Shown in pieces: positions 30,490 through 38,995 of a DNA stretch of 42,969 nucleotides. Position numbers and translations under genes: made by a program. The notes beneath the pieces were generated by a model, which did no database searches, was not told the origin of the DNA, and saw only the letters and a list, made by a program, of their open reading frames with translations. Origin of the DNA: Dehalococcoidia bacterium (GTDB lineage: Bacteria > Chloroflexota > Dehalococcoidia > Dehalococcoidales > UBA1222); contig WRHS01000002.1 in NCBI GenBank assembly GCA_009783135.1, positions 1-42,969 of the forward strand, in the 5' to 3' direction. How positions within the stretch are numbered: the stretch's first letter is position 1; each line of letters begins with the position of its first letter.

Positions 30490-31201
30490 AGTCATTGCTG
30501 TTGAAAATCTGTGTTATACGTATCCCGATGGTCAACCTGCCCTATGCGGCGTGAGCCTGAGCATACAGGAAGGCGAGACAGTGGCTCTCATAGGACCAAA
30601 CGGGGCAGGCAAATCTACGTTATTATTTCACCTTAACGGTTTGTTGCACTCGCATGAAGGAGCGGTGAGGGTACTTGGACAGATAGTGCATGACAAAAAC
30701 CTAAAAACCGTACGCCGACAGGTAGGCATGGTGTTTCAAAATCCGGACAATCAGCTATTTTCCCCTACTGTTTTTGATGATGTGGCCTTTGGGCCTCTTA
30801 ATCTTGGCATGAAAGAGGCGGAGGTGTGCAGTGCTGTGCAACAGTCACTGGAAGCCGTAGGTATGACAGGCTATGAAAAACGGTCGCCGCACCATATGAG
30901 TTTGGGCGAAAAAAGACGCATTGCAATTGCTACGGTGTTGGCAATGTCTCCTGCCGTGCTGGTATTGGATGAGCCCAGTGCAAATCTTGACCCCGGAGGC
31001 AAATGGCATCTGATTGAGTTGCTGCGTAGCTTACCGCAGACCAAACTCATAGTGTCACATGATTTGGAAATGGTACAGGAGTTGTGTTCGCGCGCTATTG
31101 TTATGGATGGTGGACGGGTGGTAGCTGATGGTTCCCAACAGGATATCTTGAAAGACAGGATTTTGCTGATGGCGCATCGTTTGGCGGCACCAAACCTATG
31201 A
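30482..31201 (+). CDS. cbiO: ECF transporter ATP-binding component CbiO
   Basis: Walker A GPNGAGKST, signature LSLGEKRR and Walker B VLVLDEP. Overlaps cbiQ by 8 nt. Confidence 0.92.
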   Translation: MPEVIAVENLCYTYPDGQPALCGVSLSIQEGETVALIGPNGAGKSTLLFHLNGLLHSHEGAVRVLGQIVHDKNLKTVRRQVGMVFQNPDNQLFSPTVFDDVAFGPLNLGMKEAEVCSAVQQSLEAVGMTGYEKRSPHHMSLGEKRRIAIATVLAMSPAVLVLDEPSANLDPGGKWHLIELLRSLPQTKLIVSHDLEMVQELCSRAIVMDGGRVVADGSQQDILKDRILLMAHRLAAPNL

Positions 31202-31204
31202 AAG

Positions 31205-31837
31205 TTAAATGTTAAAGCTGTGCGACTTAACACGCAACTTCTCGGCGGTGATGATTGCCGCTACATTATCCACGATGTCTTCTATGCGGTTGGAGTAGCT
31301 GACTACGGCGTAGTTAAACAGCGGTAAAAGTTCTATTTCCGAGCGCGCTGTGTTCAGCCTTAATTCCATGTCGTTGTTGTTTTCCGTGCCGCGCTTTTGC
31401 AGGCGATTTGCCAACTCATCCAATGACGGCGGCATGAGAAATATCAACACTGCATCGGGAATGCGCTTCTTGATAGTCAGGGCTCCTTGCACGTCAACTT
31501 TGATAATAACGTCTTTACCATCAGCCAGCGCTTGGCACACCATGGTTTTAGGCACGCCGTAATAGTTACCATATACCTCGGCATATTCTAAGAGTTCGTT
31601 TGCACCAATCATGCGGGAGAATTCGGCCTGTGACACAAAATGGTAATGCTCTCCATCAATTTCACATTGTCTTTGCGGGCGGGTAGTGTTGGTTACAACG
31701 TAAGTCGATGGTATGGGGCGCGCTTTCATAGCATTGAGTGCGACATCTTTACCGACGCCGGATGGACCCGATAATACCAGTACTAAATTATCAGGTGTCA
31801 GAATGAGGCTTTCTGCATTAGAATTTGATGACATCAT
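31205..31837 (-). CDS. gmk: Guanylate kinase
   Basis: P-loop SGPSGVGKD and TTRPQRQCEIDGEHYHFVS. Confidence 0.93.
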   Translation of the reverse strand: MMSSNSNAESLILTPDNLVLVLSGPSGVGKDVALNAMKARPIPSTYVVTNTTRPQRQCEIDGEHYHFVSQAEFSRMIGANELLEYAEVYGNYYGVPKTMVCQALADGKDVIIKVDVQGALTIKKRIPDAVLIFLMPPSLDELANRLQKRGTENNNDMELRLNTARSEIELLPLFNYAVVSYSNRIEDIVDNVAAIITAEKLRVKSHSFNI

Positions 31838-32111
31838 CGTCTAACTCAGGGCGTAAAACGGCATTACCACGGCTAATCTGTAATCTGCCTGTAATGGTTT
31901 CGGGGGCAAGAGCAGCCAGAACGATATGCCCGCTGTCGATAAAAATTACAGCTTTGGTGCGGCGACCGTTGGTCATGTCTACAAGCATTCCTTTGTTGCG
32001 TACTTCCTGAATGGTGCGCTTTGTCGGCGCGGAATTGGGGGAAGCAATTGCAATCACCCGATTCATTGCAAGAACATTACCAAAGCCAACGTGCACCATT
32101 TCTCCGGACAT
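31818..32111 (-). CDS. remA: RemA/DUF370 family regulator
   Basis: MVHVGFGNVLAMNRVIAIASPNSAPTKRTIQEVRNKGMLVDMTNGRRTKAVIF is the conserved RemA core. ATG 32111 is preceded by GAGGTGA. This is the classic remA-gmk pairing. Confidence 0.85.
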   Translation of the reverse strand: MSGEMVHVGFGNVLAMNRVIAIASPNSAPTKRTIQEVRNKGMLVDMTNGRRTKAVIFIDSGHIVLAALAPETITGRLQISRGNAVLRPELDDDVIKF

Positions 32112-32335
32112 ATTGTTCACCTCAAAACGAATTGTGCCTATTATCTTATACCCTTGGAGCCTGCTAGGCAAGGGAAAGAGCATTGTATCATATTGTGTTT
32201 AGCTTTAGAATTTTCCGATGCAATTGCGGGTATGGAATAGAATGAGATTTGAAATGCCGCTTTGTCAAATGCTAAAGTATAGCATCGTTTTTGACGGCTG
32301 TTTATGAGGATATTACAAACTGAGAGTAAAGTTCT

Positions 32336-33199
32336 TTGTACAAAATACTAAAACGAAACGACCTAACGCCGAACATTCATCTGTTTGAAATAGAAGCGCC
32401 AAAGGTTGCGGCGCGTGCGCAGGCGGGTCAGTTTATTATCCTGCGCCATGGAGAAAATGGGGAGCGCATACCGCTCACGTTGGCTGATTGGGACGAGGCG
32501 CGTGGCGTCGTGACAGTTGTGTTTATGGAAGTGGGCTTGACTACCTCCAAATTAGCGTTGCTGAAGGAAGGTGATGCTATAGACGATTTTGTTGGGCCAC
32601 TTGGCTTGCCTACGCATATTGAGAAATTCGGTACGGTTGTGTGTGCTGCCGGTGGTTTTGCTGTTGCTACCATCATGCCCATCGCACGGGCACTTAAACA
32701 GGCTGGTAATCACGTTATTAGCATCGTAGGGATGCGTTCTAAGGAATTGTTATTCTGGGAACGTGAGGTTGGTGCACACAGCGATGAGTTGATTGTTACC
32801 ACGGATGATGGTTCATACGGGCGCAAGGGGCTGGTGACAGAGCCTTTGCGGGATTTGCTTTCAGCGAAAGACGTGCAGGTTGATCGCGTTATTGCCATTG
32901 GACCTACTATCATGATGAAGTATTGCTGTCTTGTCACGCAACCTTTTGGTGTAAAGACTATCGCTTCGCTTAATCCTATTATGGTGGATGGCACTGGCAT
33001 GTGCGGTTGTTGTCGCGTGTCTGTAGACGGCGTGACGCGCTTTGCATGCGTTGACGGTCCGGATTTTGATGGTCATGCCGTGGATTGGGACGAGTTGATG
33101 GCACGTCAGAAAGCCTACCAAGAGGAAGAGAAAAAAGCGGTGCAGCATTGGCAATGCCAGCGTTCTGGCTACCACGACCCGGAGTTGGCGCATGCCTAA
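32336..33199 (+). CDS. nfnA: NfnA-type subunit (sulfide/dihydroorotate dehydrogenase-like FAD/NAD-binding, 2Fe-2S)
   Basis: 287 aa with MYKILKRNDLTPNIHLFEIEAP, RIPLTLAD and the C-terminal cluster motif GTGMCGCCRV. TTG start. Confidence 0.85.
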   Translation: MYKILKRNDLTPNIHLFEIEAPKVAARAQAGQFIILRHGENGERIPLTLADWDEARGVVTVVFMEVGLTTSKLALLKEGDAIDDFVGPLGLPTHIEKFGTVVCAAGGFAVATIMPIARALKQAGNHVISIVGMRSKELLFWEREVGAHSDELIVTTDDGSYGRKGLVTEPLRDLLSAKDVQVDRVIAIGPTIMMKYCCLVTQPFGVKTIASLNPIMVDGTGMCGCCRVSVDGVTRFACVDGPDFDGHAVDWDELMARQKAYQEEEKKAVQHWQCQRSGYHDPELAHA

Positions 33200-34583
33200 C
33201 CCATTGAACCTGAATCGCGTGGAGATGCCACGTCAGCTGGCCGAAGAACGGGCACATAACTTTGATGAGGTGGCTTTGGGTTACACATTGGAGCAGATGC
33301 GCGAAGAGGCTTCACGTTGTTTATCGTGTGTTAAAAAGAATTGTACGCGCGGTTGCCCAGTAGGAATAGATATCACATCTTTTATTACGGCGTTATGTGC
33401 CAACGATTTACCCAGAGCATTGGCTGTTATCAAAGAGAAAAACGCACTGCCTGGCATCTGCGGAAGGGTATGTCCGCAGGAAACTCAGTGCGAATCACAA
33501 TGTTTGCTGGAAAAGAAAGGCGCGCCTGTTGCCATCGGACGACTGGAACGCTATGTGGCTGACTGGGCACGTAAGCATCCGCAGACAACAGGAGAGAGAA
33601 GCGCCACGACTGGTAAGCGTGTGGCAGTGGTGGGTTCAGGACCGGCGGGGCTGACTTGTGCCGCTACTTTGGCGCAGGCAGGACATCAGGTCACTTTGCT
33701 GGAGGCTTTGCATGTAGCCGGCGGTGTGCTGATGTACGGCATACCGGAATTTCGTTTGCCCAAGGATATTGTTCAGGAAGAAGTGAAATATGTATGCTCG
33801 CTGGGAGTAAAACTGGAACTCAACTCGGTAGTGGGCAAGATAGATACGGTGGATGAGCTTTTGCAAAACGGATATAATGCTGTCTTTTTGGGCACAGGGG
33901 CGGGGCTTCCAACGATGCTTGGTGTGCCAGGGGAAAACTTGAGTGGGGTGTATTCGGCAAATGAATATCTCACCCGCGTCAATTTGATGAAAGCCTATCG
34001 TTTTCCGGAATATGATACGCCGGTACGGCGGGGGCAGCAGGTGGCAGTTATTGGAGGCGGCAACGTAGCTATGGACGCGGCACGTTGTGCACTTAGGCTT
34101 GGTGCACAAAAAGTGAGCATTGTATACAGACGCTCGGATACTGAAATGCCTGCACGACGGGAAGAGATAGAAAACGCGCGGGAAGAAGGGGTCCAGTTTG
34201 TTATGCTCTCAGGTGTTAAAGGGTTCGCTGGAGATGAACGCGGGTGGCTGGTGGCAATGGACTGCTTTGAGATGGAATTGGGTGAGCCTGATGCAAGCGG
34301 ACGCAGGCGACCAATCCCCAAAGTTGATAGTGATTTCCGCCTGTCTGTAGATGTGGCGGTTGTGGCACTGGGAACGTCTCCAAACCCACTGATTGCGCAA
34401 ACAACATCCGGATTGGAAACTACCAGCCATGGAACTCTAATCGCGGATGAAGCCACTGGGCGCACGAACAAGAAAGGTGTATGGGCAGGAGGAGATGTCG
34501 TCACAGGGTCAGCTACGGTTATTTCTGCCATGGGGGCGGCCCGGCGTGCTGCCGATGATATTGACCAGTATTTACGCGCTTAA
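33192..34583 (+). CDS. nfnB: NfnB-type subunit (NADPH-dependent glutamate-synthase small-chain-like, 2x[4Fe-4S] + FAD)
   Basis: 463 aa with CxxC..C cluster motifs (CLSCVKKNCTRGCP, CGRVCPQETQCESQC) and dinucleotide folds VAVVGSGPAGL and VAVIGGGNVAMD. Overlaps nfnA by 8 nt. Confidence 0.88.
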   Translation: MPNPLNLNRVEMPRQLAEERAHNFDEVALGYTLEQMREEASRCLSCVKKNCTRGCPVGIDITSFITALCANDLPRALAVIKEKNALPGICGRVCPQETQCESQCLLEKKGAPVAIGRLERYVADWARKHPQTTGERSATTGKRVAVVGSGPAGLTCAATLAQAGHQVTLLEALHVAGGVLMYGIPEFRLPKDIVQEEVKYVCSLGVKLELNSVVGKIDTVDELLQNGYNAVFLGTGAGLPTMLGVPGENLSGVYSANEYLTRVNLMKAYRFPEYDTPVRRGQQVAVIGGGNVAMDAARCALRLGAQKVSIVYRRSDTEMPARREEIENAREEGVQFVMLSGVKGFAGDERGWLVAMDCFEMELGEPDASGRRRPIPKVDSDFRLSVDVAVVALGTSPNPLIAQTTSGLETTSHGTLIADEATGRTNKKGVWAGGDVVTGSATVISAMGAARRAADDIDQYLRA

Positions 34584-34637
34584 TACCATTGATTAAGGGG
34601 ATGCCTTGTTTTAGTTAAAGTTGGAAAGGGCTCATCG

Positions 34638-37436
34638 ATGATTTCAATCAAAAATCTCTGCAAAACATATCACCCGAAAGGCGGCGTCGCTGTCCAAGCA
34701 CTTAACAATGTTGACCTTGATTTGCCGGAAAACGGCATGGTTTTCATCATCGGAAAATCAGGTAGTGGTAAATCAACCTTTCTTAATGTCCTGGGAGGGC
34801 TGGACAGATATGATTCCGGCGAAATAATCATCAAGGGCAAATCCAGCAAATCGTTCTCACAGGGCGACTTTGACTCTTATCGCAACACTTTTGTCGGTTT
34901 TATCTTTCAGGAATATAACATACTGCCGGAATTCTCGGTCGCCAAAAACATAGGGCTCGCACTTGAACTACAGGGTAAAAAAGGTGATGCCAAAACCGTT
35001 GAGACCATACTGGAGCAGGTTGATTTAAAAGGTTACGGCAAACGTAAGCCAAATGAGTTGTCCGGCGGACAAAAGCAACGCGTTGCCATTGCCAGAGCCC
35101 TTATCAAAGACCCTGATATCATCATGGCGGATGAGCCAACCGGTGCCTTGGATTCCAGTACAGGAAGACAAGTGCTTGAGACACTCAGAAAACTGAGTGA
35201 AACAAAGCTGGTCATAGTTGTCTCTCACGACCGCGAGTATGCCGAACAATTCGGTGCCCGCATAGTTGAGTTCTCCGACGGCGTAATCATTAATGACACA
35301 AGCAAATACTACGCACCACCGCAAACTGCAGGTGCCGTCAGCATTACAGACGGCAAGATTATGCAGATAAGAGCGGGGCAGGAATTGACGGCATCGGACA
35401 CAGAGGTTATTAGCAGTTTTTTGAAAGATGCTAATGCTGACGCTGTTATTTCGATAGATGCCGATGCCAACGCGAAATTCCGCCGCGTCGCGCGGATAAA
35501 TGAATCCGGTGCCAGAGAAGCGTTCGCTCAAACCAAGGAGGTCCCTCAAAAGCCCTACAATGCCAAAGACTTCAAGCTGCTTCGCTCGCGTCTGCCATGG
35601 AAAGACTCTTTGCGCATGGGAGCAAGCGGACTAAAAGCCAAGCCAGTGCGTTTGGCATTCACGATAGTGCTGTCTGTTGTAGCGTTTACGCTGTTCGGGC
35701 TAGCGGATACGATTGGTTCCTACAACAAAATTAATGCGACACTGACATCAATGCATGATAGCGGCATCAAAACAGCAACTTTAGAAAAACTAATAGAAAA
35801 GCAGCTCATGGGCAACAGCTACGCCTACATGGTACATACAAACCTATCAAAAGAGGACCTTGTGTCACTTAACCAAAAGCTAAGTGATTATCGGTTCGTA
35901 CCTATTTGGGATAAACCCATCTACCTTTATGGTACTTTCGATACATACAGTAGCGGCTACGCCAATAGAATTCAGCAGACATGTGGGTTGCTGGAAACAG
36001 ACCAAAATGTGCTGGACTCACTCGGGTTAAAAATCGACTCAGGTTATGGCCGACTGCCTACAAGTAACACCGAAGTCGCCATTTCCAAGCATCTGTATTG
36101 GCTATTCACACAATACGGATATAAAGACCCTGTAAGCAGCGACGTTACTGACATTGATTCTCCATCCAAACTACTTGGCAAGAAATTATGCTTGGGTGTA
36201 CATGATTACAATGATACCGAGCTAGCGATTGTAGGAATCATTGACACCGGCTTTAACGAATCACGTTACTCTCCTTTATTCGAAGCTAATCCATCAAACG
36301 AAATTGGTTTAAATATAATGATGTTATCGTCTGAGTACTCAAATCTACTCCAAAACAGCCTACATGCGGCAGCCTTTGTGAAACAGGATTTTTACGAGGA
36401 AGTATTTGAAAGTAATGCAATTGCGTTTAAAAATGCTTCCATCGCGCTCATAACTGATGAAATATCCAATGGCGACTTTCACGGTTGGTGGGGGGCAAGT
36501 TCTCATGGTGCTGTTCCTTATCCGCAAATATCAGCGACAGACAAAAGTAAAATCATTTGGGCAGACGGATATTCTTCTACCACCACACTTGCAGAAAATG
36601 AAGTCATCATATCAATAGCAACTTTAATAGAAATTGACCAATCCAAAACCAAAGATTACACACCTGTTGATTGGGAATTGCTGTCCGCGACAGAAAAAGA
36701 AATGTATTTACAAGTATTAGGCAATACATATCCTGCGGAAGATACCGGCATTTATAACAAGCAGCGAATGTCTCTGAAAGTTGTAGGTGTGCATGATGGC
36801 GTAGGCTCTGTTTCGGGAACATCGTTACTGTTATGCTCGGACGCATTATTTGCACAAGTAGTTGATACCAATAGTGATCCGATAAAATACGCCGTGGCGG
36901 CACTTACAGGAAATAACAAGACCGATTTGAATTTAGTCAAATTCAGTTACGAAACAAACGATGGCATAAGATTCCCACTCAGAAACGAGGTGTCTTCATC
37001 TCTCGAAAGTATCAACTTTGCAATTGAAAGCTTTGCACTGGCGTTCTTGTACATCGGTATCTTTTTCGCAGTATTTGCCAGCTTAATGATGATGAATTTC
37101 ATCTCGACCAGTATATCATACAAGAAACGTGAAATAGGCATACTCAGGGCGGTTGGTGCGCGCTCAAGCGACGTGTTCGGCATATTCTTTAACGAAAGCT
37201 TGGTTATTGCATTAATTAACTTTGTGATCGCCGCAATTGCTGTGTTTGGCTTCAGCATATACCTAAATTCCACACTCAGGGGTAAGTACAGTTTAATTAT
37301 CACGCTGTTTTCTTTCGGCATACGCCAAATGATACTAATTCTGATTGTAAGCGTTGGCGCTGCGTTCATTGCCAGCATTTTGCCAACAACACGCATATCC
37401 AACAAGAAGCCTATTGACGCAATCAACAACAGCTAG
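34638..37436 (+). CDS. Fused ABC transporter ATPase + FtsX/MacB-type permease with a large extracytoplasmic domain
   Basis: 932 aa. The N-terminal ATPase has GKSGSGKST, LSGGQKQRVAIARAL and IIMADEPTGALD. TM1 lies around aa 340-365, followed by a loop of about 430 aa. The C-terminal three-TM FtsX module carries KKREIGILRAVGA. Confidence 0.85.
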   Translation: MISIKNLCKTYHPKGGVAVQALNNVDLDLPENGMVFIIGKSGSGKSTFLNVLGGLDRYDSGEIIIKGKSSKSFSQGDFDSYRNTFVGFIFQEYNILPEFSVAKNIGLALELQGKKGDAKTVETILEQVDLKGYGKRKPNELSGGQKQRVAIARALIKDPDIIMADEPTGALDSSTGRQVLETLRKLSETKLVIVVSHDREYAEQFGARIVEFSDGVIINDTSKYYAPPQTAGAVSITDGKIMQIRAGQELTASDTEVISSFLKDANADAVISIDADANAKFRRVARINESGAREAFAQTKEVPQKPYNAKDFKLLRSRLPWKDSLRMGASGLKAKPVRLAFTIVLSVVAFTLFGLADTIGSYNKINATLTSMHDSGIKTATLEKLIEKQLMGNSYAYMVHTNLSKEDLVSLNQKLSDYRFVPIWDKPIYLYGTFDTYSSGYANRIQQTCGLLETDQNVLDSLGLKIDSGYGRLPTSNTEVAISKHLYWLFTQYGYKDPVSSDVTDIDSPSKLLGKKLCLGVHDYNDTELAIVGIIDTGFNESRYSPLFEANPSNEIGLNIMMLSSEYSNLLQNSLHAAAFVKQDFYEEVFESNAIAFKNASIALITDEISNGDFHGWWGASSHGAVPYPQISATDKSKIIWADGYSSTTTLAENEVIISIATLIEIDQSKTKDYTPVDWELLSATEKEMYLQVLGNTYPAEDTGIYNKQRMSLKVVGVHDGVGSVSGTSLLLCSDALFAQVVDTNSDPIKYAVAALTGNNKTDLNLVKFSYETNDGIRFPLRNEVSSSLESINFAIESFALAFLYIGIFFAVFASLMMMNFISTSISYKKREIGILRAVGARSSDVFGIFFNESLVIALINFVIAAIAVFGFSIYLNSTLRGKYSLIITLFSFGIRQMILILIVSVGAAFIASILPTTRISNKKPIDAINNS

Positions 37437-37524
37437 AAAACCACAATGTCTTGAAACAAGAAGCTGTTAGCATAAGCATGCTGCATAAGTTTATGCAAAT
37501 CTCAGCCGCCTCAAATGATTATGG

Positions 37525-37944
37525 TCATGAAGGAGCAAACTGCACCTCGGCGCTGCCGCAAACTGTCTTTTCGCCTTGCTGGTTTTCAACCCAGATTGCC
37601 AGCACGACTCTGCTTTCAGATAATAAGGCCTCTTTGACAAGCCCGCAGCATGTGAGCGTGTCGCCGGGGAAATTAAACCCTTTATAAGCCACCTCAAGCC
37701 TTCTCAAACGCCCCGCTGTGCCGTGCCAATGCGACAACATCTGACACAGAAAAGCTGTAATCAGCTGACCGTGCACTACCACGCCGGGGAGCCCGCACCT
37801 TGCGGCAAAGTCGCCATCGTAATGGATGGGATTATTATCGCCTGATACCTCGCGCCACTTCTCCACCTGCTGCATGGTGACGTGTTTTACCAATGGGGGT
37901 ATTTCCTGTCCCGCGCGCACATCTGCCCAGCCCTGCACGCTCAT
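37525..37944 (-). CDS. MaoC-like (R)-specific hydratase/dehydratase, hotdog fold, catalytic subunit
   Basis: 139 aa with the hydratase-2 motif VSGDNNPIHYDGDFA. Confidence 0.85.
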   Translation of the reverse strand: MSVQGWADVRAGQEIPPLVKHVTMQQVEKWREVSGDNNPIHYDGDFAARCGLPGVVVHGQLITAFLCQMLSHWHGTAGRLRRLEVAYKGFNFPGDTLTCCGLVKEALLSESRVVLAIWVENQQGEKTVCGSAEVQFAPS

Positions 37945-38351
37945 GTTTTGCTCCGCAGCACAATCACCTGCTTACACCGCGCCAGCATTACGCCGCTTTG
38001 ATTATGTTGCTCAATTTCCAAAATAACAAAAGTCGCCTGCTGCCGCTCACGCACAGAGGACACCTTTACAACAACCGTAACAATATCCCCAACTTTCACG
38101 GGCGCAAAAAGCTCTATGGCGCAACTGCCATGCAGTGCAGCCTGCGGCAAAGCCGCCAGCTGCTCACAAACCTGTTCCAAGCTGATGGCAAGCAGCCAAG
38201 ACGGCGGCACTTCCTCCTGCCAAAGAGGGGTGTCGCCACCTACCACCTCGACAAAGCGCTTTATGCGCTCACGCTCGGCAGTATAATCCCGCGTGAGCCA
38301 GACATGTCCTGTCTTTTGTTTCAGTTTCTCAATTGTAAAACATTGCACCAT
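37941..38351 (-). CDS. MaoC N-terminal-type hotdog protein (non-catalytic partner)
   Basis: 136 aa from ATG 38351, lacking the GDxNPxH motif. Its stop overlaps the downstream MaoC start in ATGA. Confidence 0.7.
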   Translation of the reverse strand: MVQCFTIEKLKQKTGHVWLTRDYTAERERIKRFVEVVGGDTPLWQEEVPPSWLLAISLEQVCEQLAALPQAALHGSCAIELFAPVKVGDIVTVVVKVSSVRERQQATFVILEIEQHNQSGVMLARCKQVIVLRSKT

Positions 38352-38411
38352 AGCTAAATAATAGCGCCAATTAAGCAGTATATTCAATGCAAAACCCGTG
38401 ACATTTCGCTA

Positions 38412-38440
38412 TTGTGTTTTTACAAAAGATGCGCTAAAAT
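38412..38440 (+). promoter_or_regulatory. Candidate promoter TTGTGT-17-TAAAAT for zur
   Basis: Exact 17-nt spacer. The -10 abuts the palindromic operator. Confidence 0.5.
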
Positions 38441-38460
38441 GAAAATGAGTTTCATTTTCA
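38440..38460. promoter_or_regulatory. Zur-box candidate: perfect 9-3-9 inverted repeat TGAAAATGA-GTT-TCATTTTCA
   Basis: The arms are exact reverse complements. The site is AT-rich like Fur-family operators, overlaps the -10/+1 and lies 17 nt upstream of the zur ATG. Confidence 0.6.
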
Positions 38461-38476
38461 GGAGATGCGTTAAAGC

Positions 38477-38893
38477 ATGAGCCGCCCGTCACAATATAAA
38501 ACAAAACAAAGTGAGGCTATTCTTTCCTATATCGCCTCTTTTTCCGATGCGCACGTAACGGCAAAACAGATCGTGGCCCATTTTGAAAACTGCGGCACAT
38601 CCATCGGGCTTACGACAGTTTACCGCCACCTTGACAAGCTGGCAGGCAGCGGGAAAGTGCGCCAGTATGTGACGGATGGCACGTCCTGCGCCTGTTACCA
38701 GTATGTCTGTGAAGCCACAGATACACCAGAGCACTTTCATTTGAAATGCGACGGATGTGGTGAACTTTTGCATTTGGGCTGTGCCGAGGCAAGCGTACTG
38801 CAGCAGCACATCAATAATGAGCACTCTTTTCAAATCAATCCCATGAAAACAGTGTTTTACGGCAAATGCCAAACTTGTTGCCGCAAAGGATAG
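38477..38893 (+). CDS. zur: Fur-family zinc uptake regulator (Zur)
   Basis: 138 aa with LTTVYRHLDKL in the winged helix and HFHLKCDGCG...CQTCC metal sites. It directly precedes znuACB. Confidence 0.82.
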   Translation: MSRPSQYKTKQSEAILSYIASFSDAHVTAKQIVAHFENCGTSIGLTTVYRHLDKLAGSGKVRQYVTDGTSCACYQYVCEATDTPEHFHLKCDGCGELLHLGCAEASVLQQHINNEHSFQINPMKTVFYGKCQTCCRKG

Positions 38894-38934
38894 TTCTCAA
38901 GGTATAGGAAAAATGAACAATAACGAGCCCCGCA

Positions 38935-38955
38935 TGAAACATCATGTACATTTCA
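38935..38955. promoter_or_regulatory. Second, imperfect Zur-box-like site TGAAACATCATGTACATTTCA upstream of znuA
   Basis: Same 21-bp length and the same TGAAA...TTTCA ends as the zur operator. It lies 41 nt upstream of the znuA ATG. Confidence 0.35.
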
Positions 38956-38995
38956 GTTTTGCACCCAGATAGGTCCAAAGGAGAATATCTTTAAT

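Noticed and set aside
31205-32111. An rpoZ expected downstream of remA-gmk, as in the Firmicute ylzA-gmk-rpoZ arrangement
   Set aside because: gmk ends 3 nt from the convergent cbiO stop, so there is no room for rpoZ. This is a synteny difference, not a missed gene.
37437-37524. Hairpins and GCATAAG direct repeats between the convergent MacB-like and MaoC genes as terminators
   Set aside because: The stems are short (5-7 bp with 2-4 nt loops) and lack U-tracts on either strand, so this is too weak to call.
38913-38972. 19-aa His-containing mini-ORF (MNNNEPRMKHHVHFSFAPR) between zur and znuA
   Set aside because: It coincides with the putative znuA promoter and second Zur-box. It is short, has only a weak SD, and the His residues derive from the CAT-rich operator half-sites.
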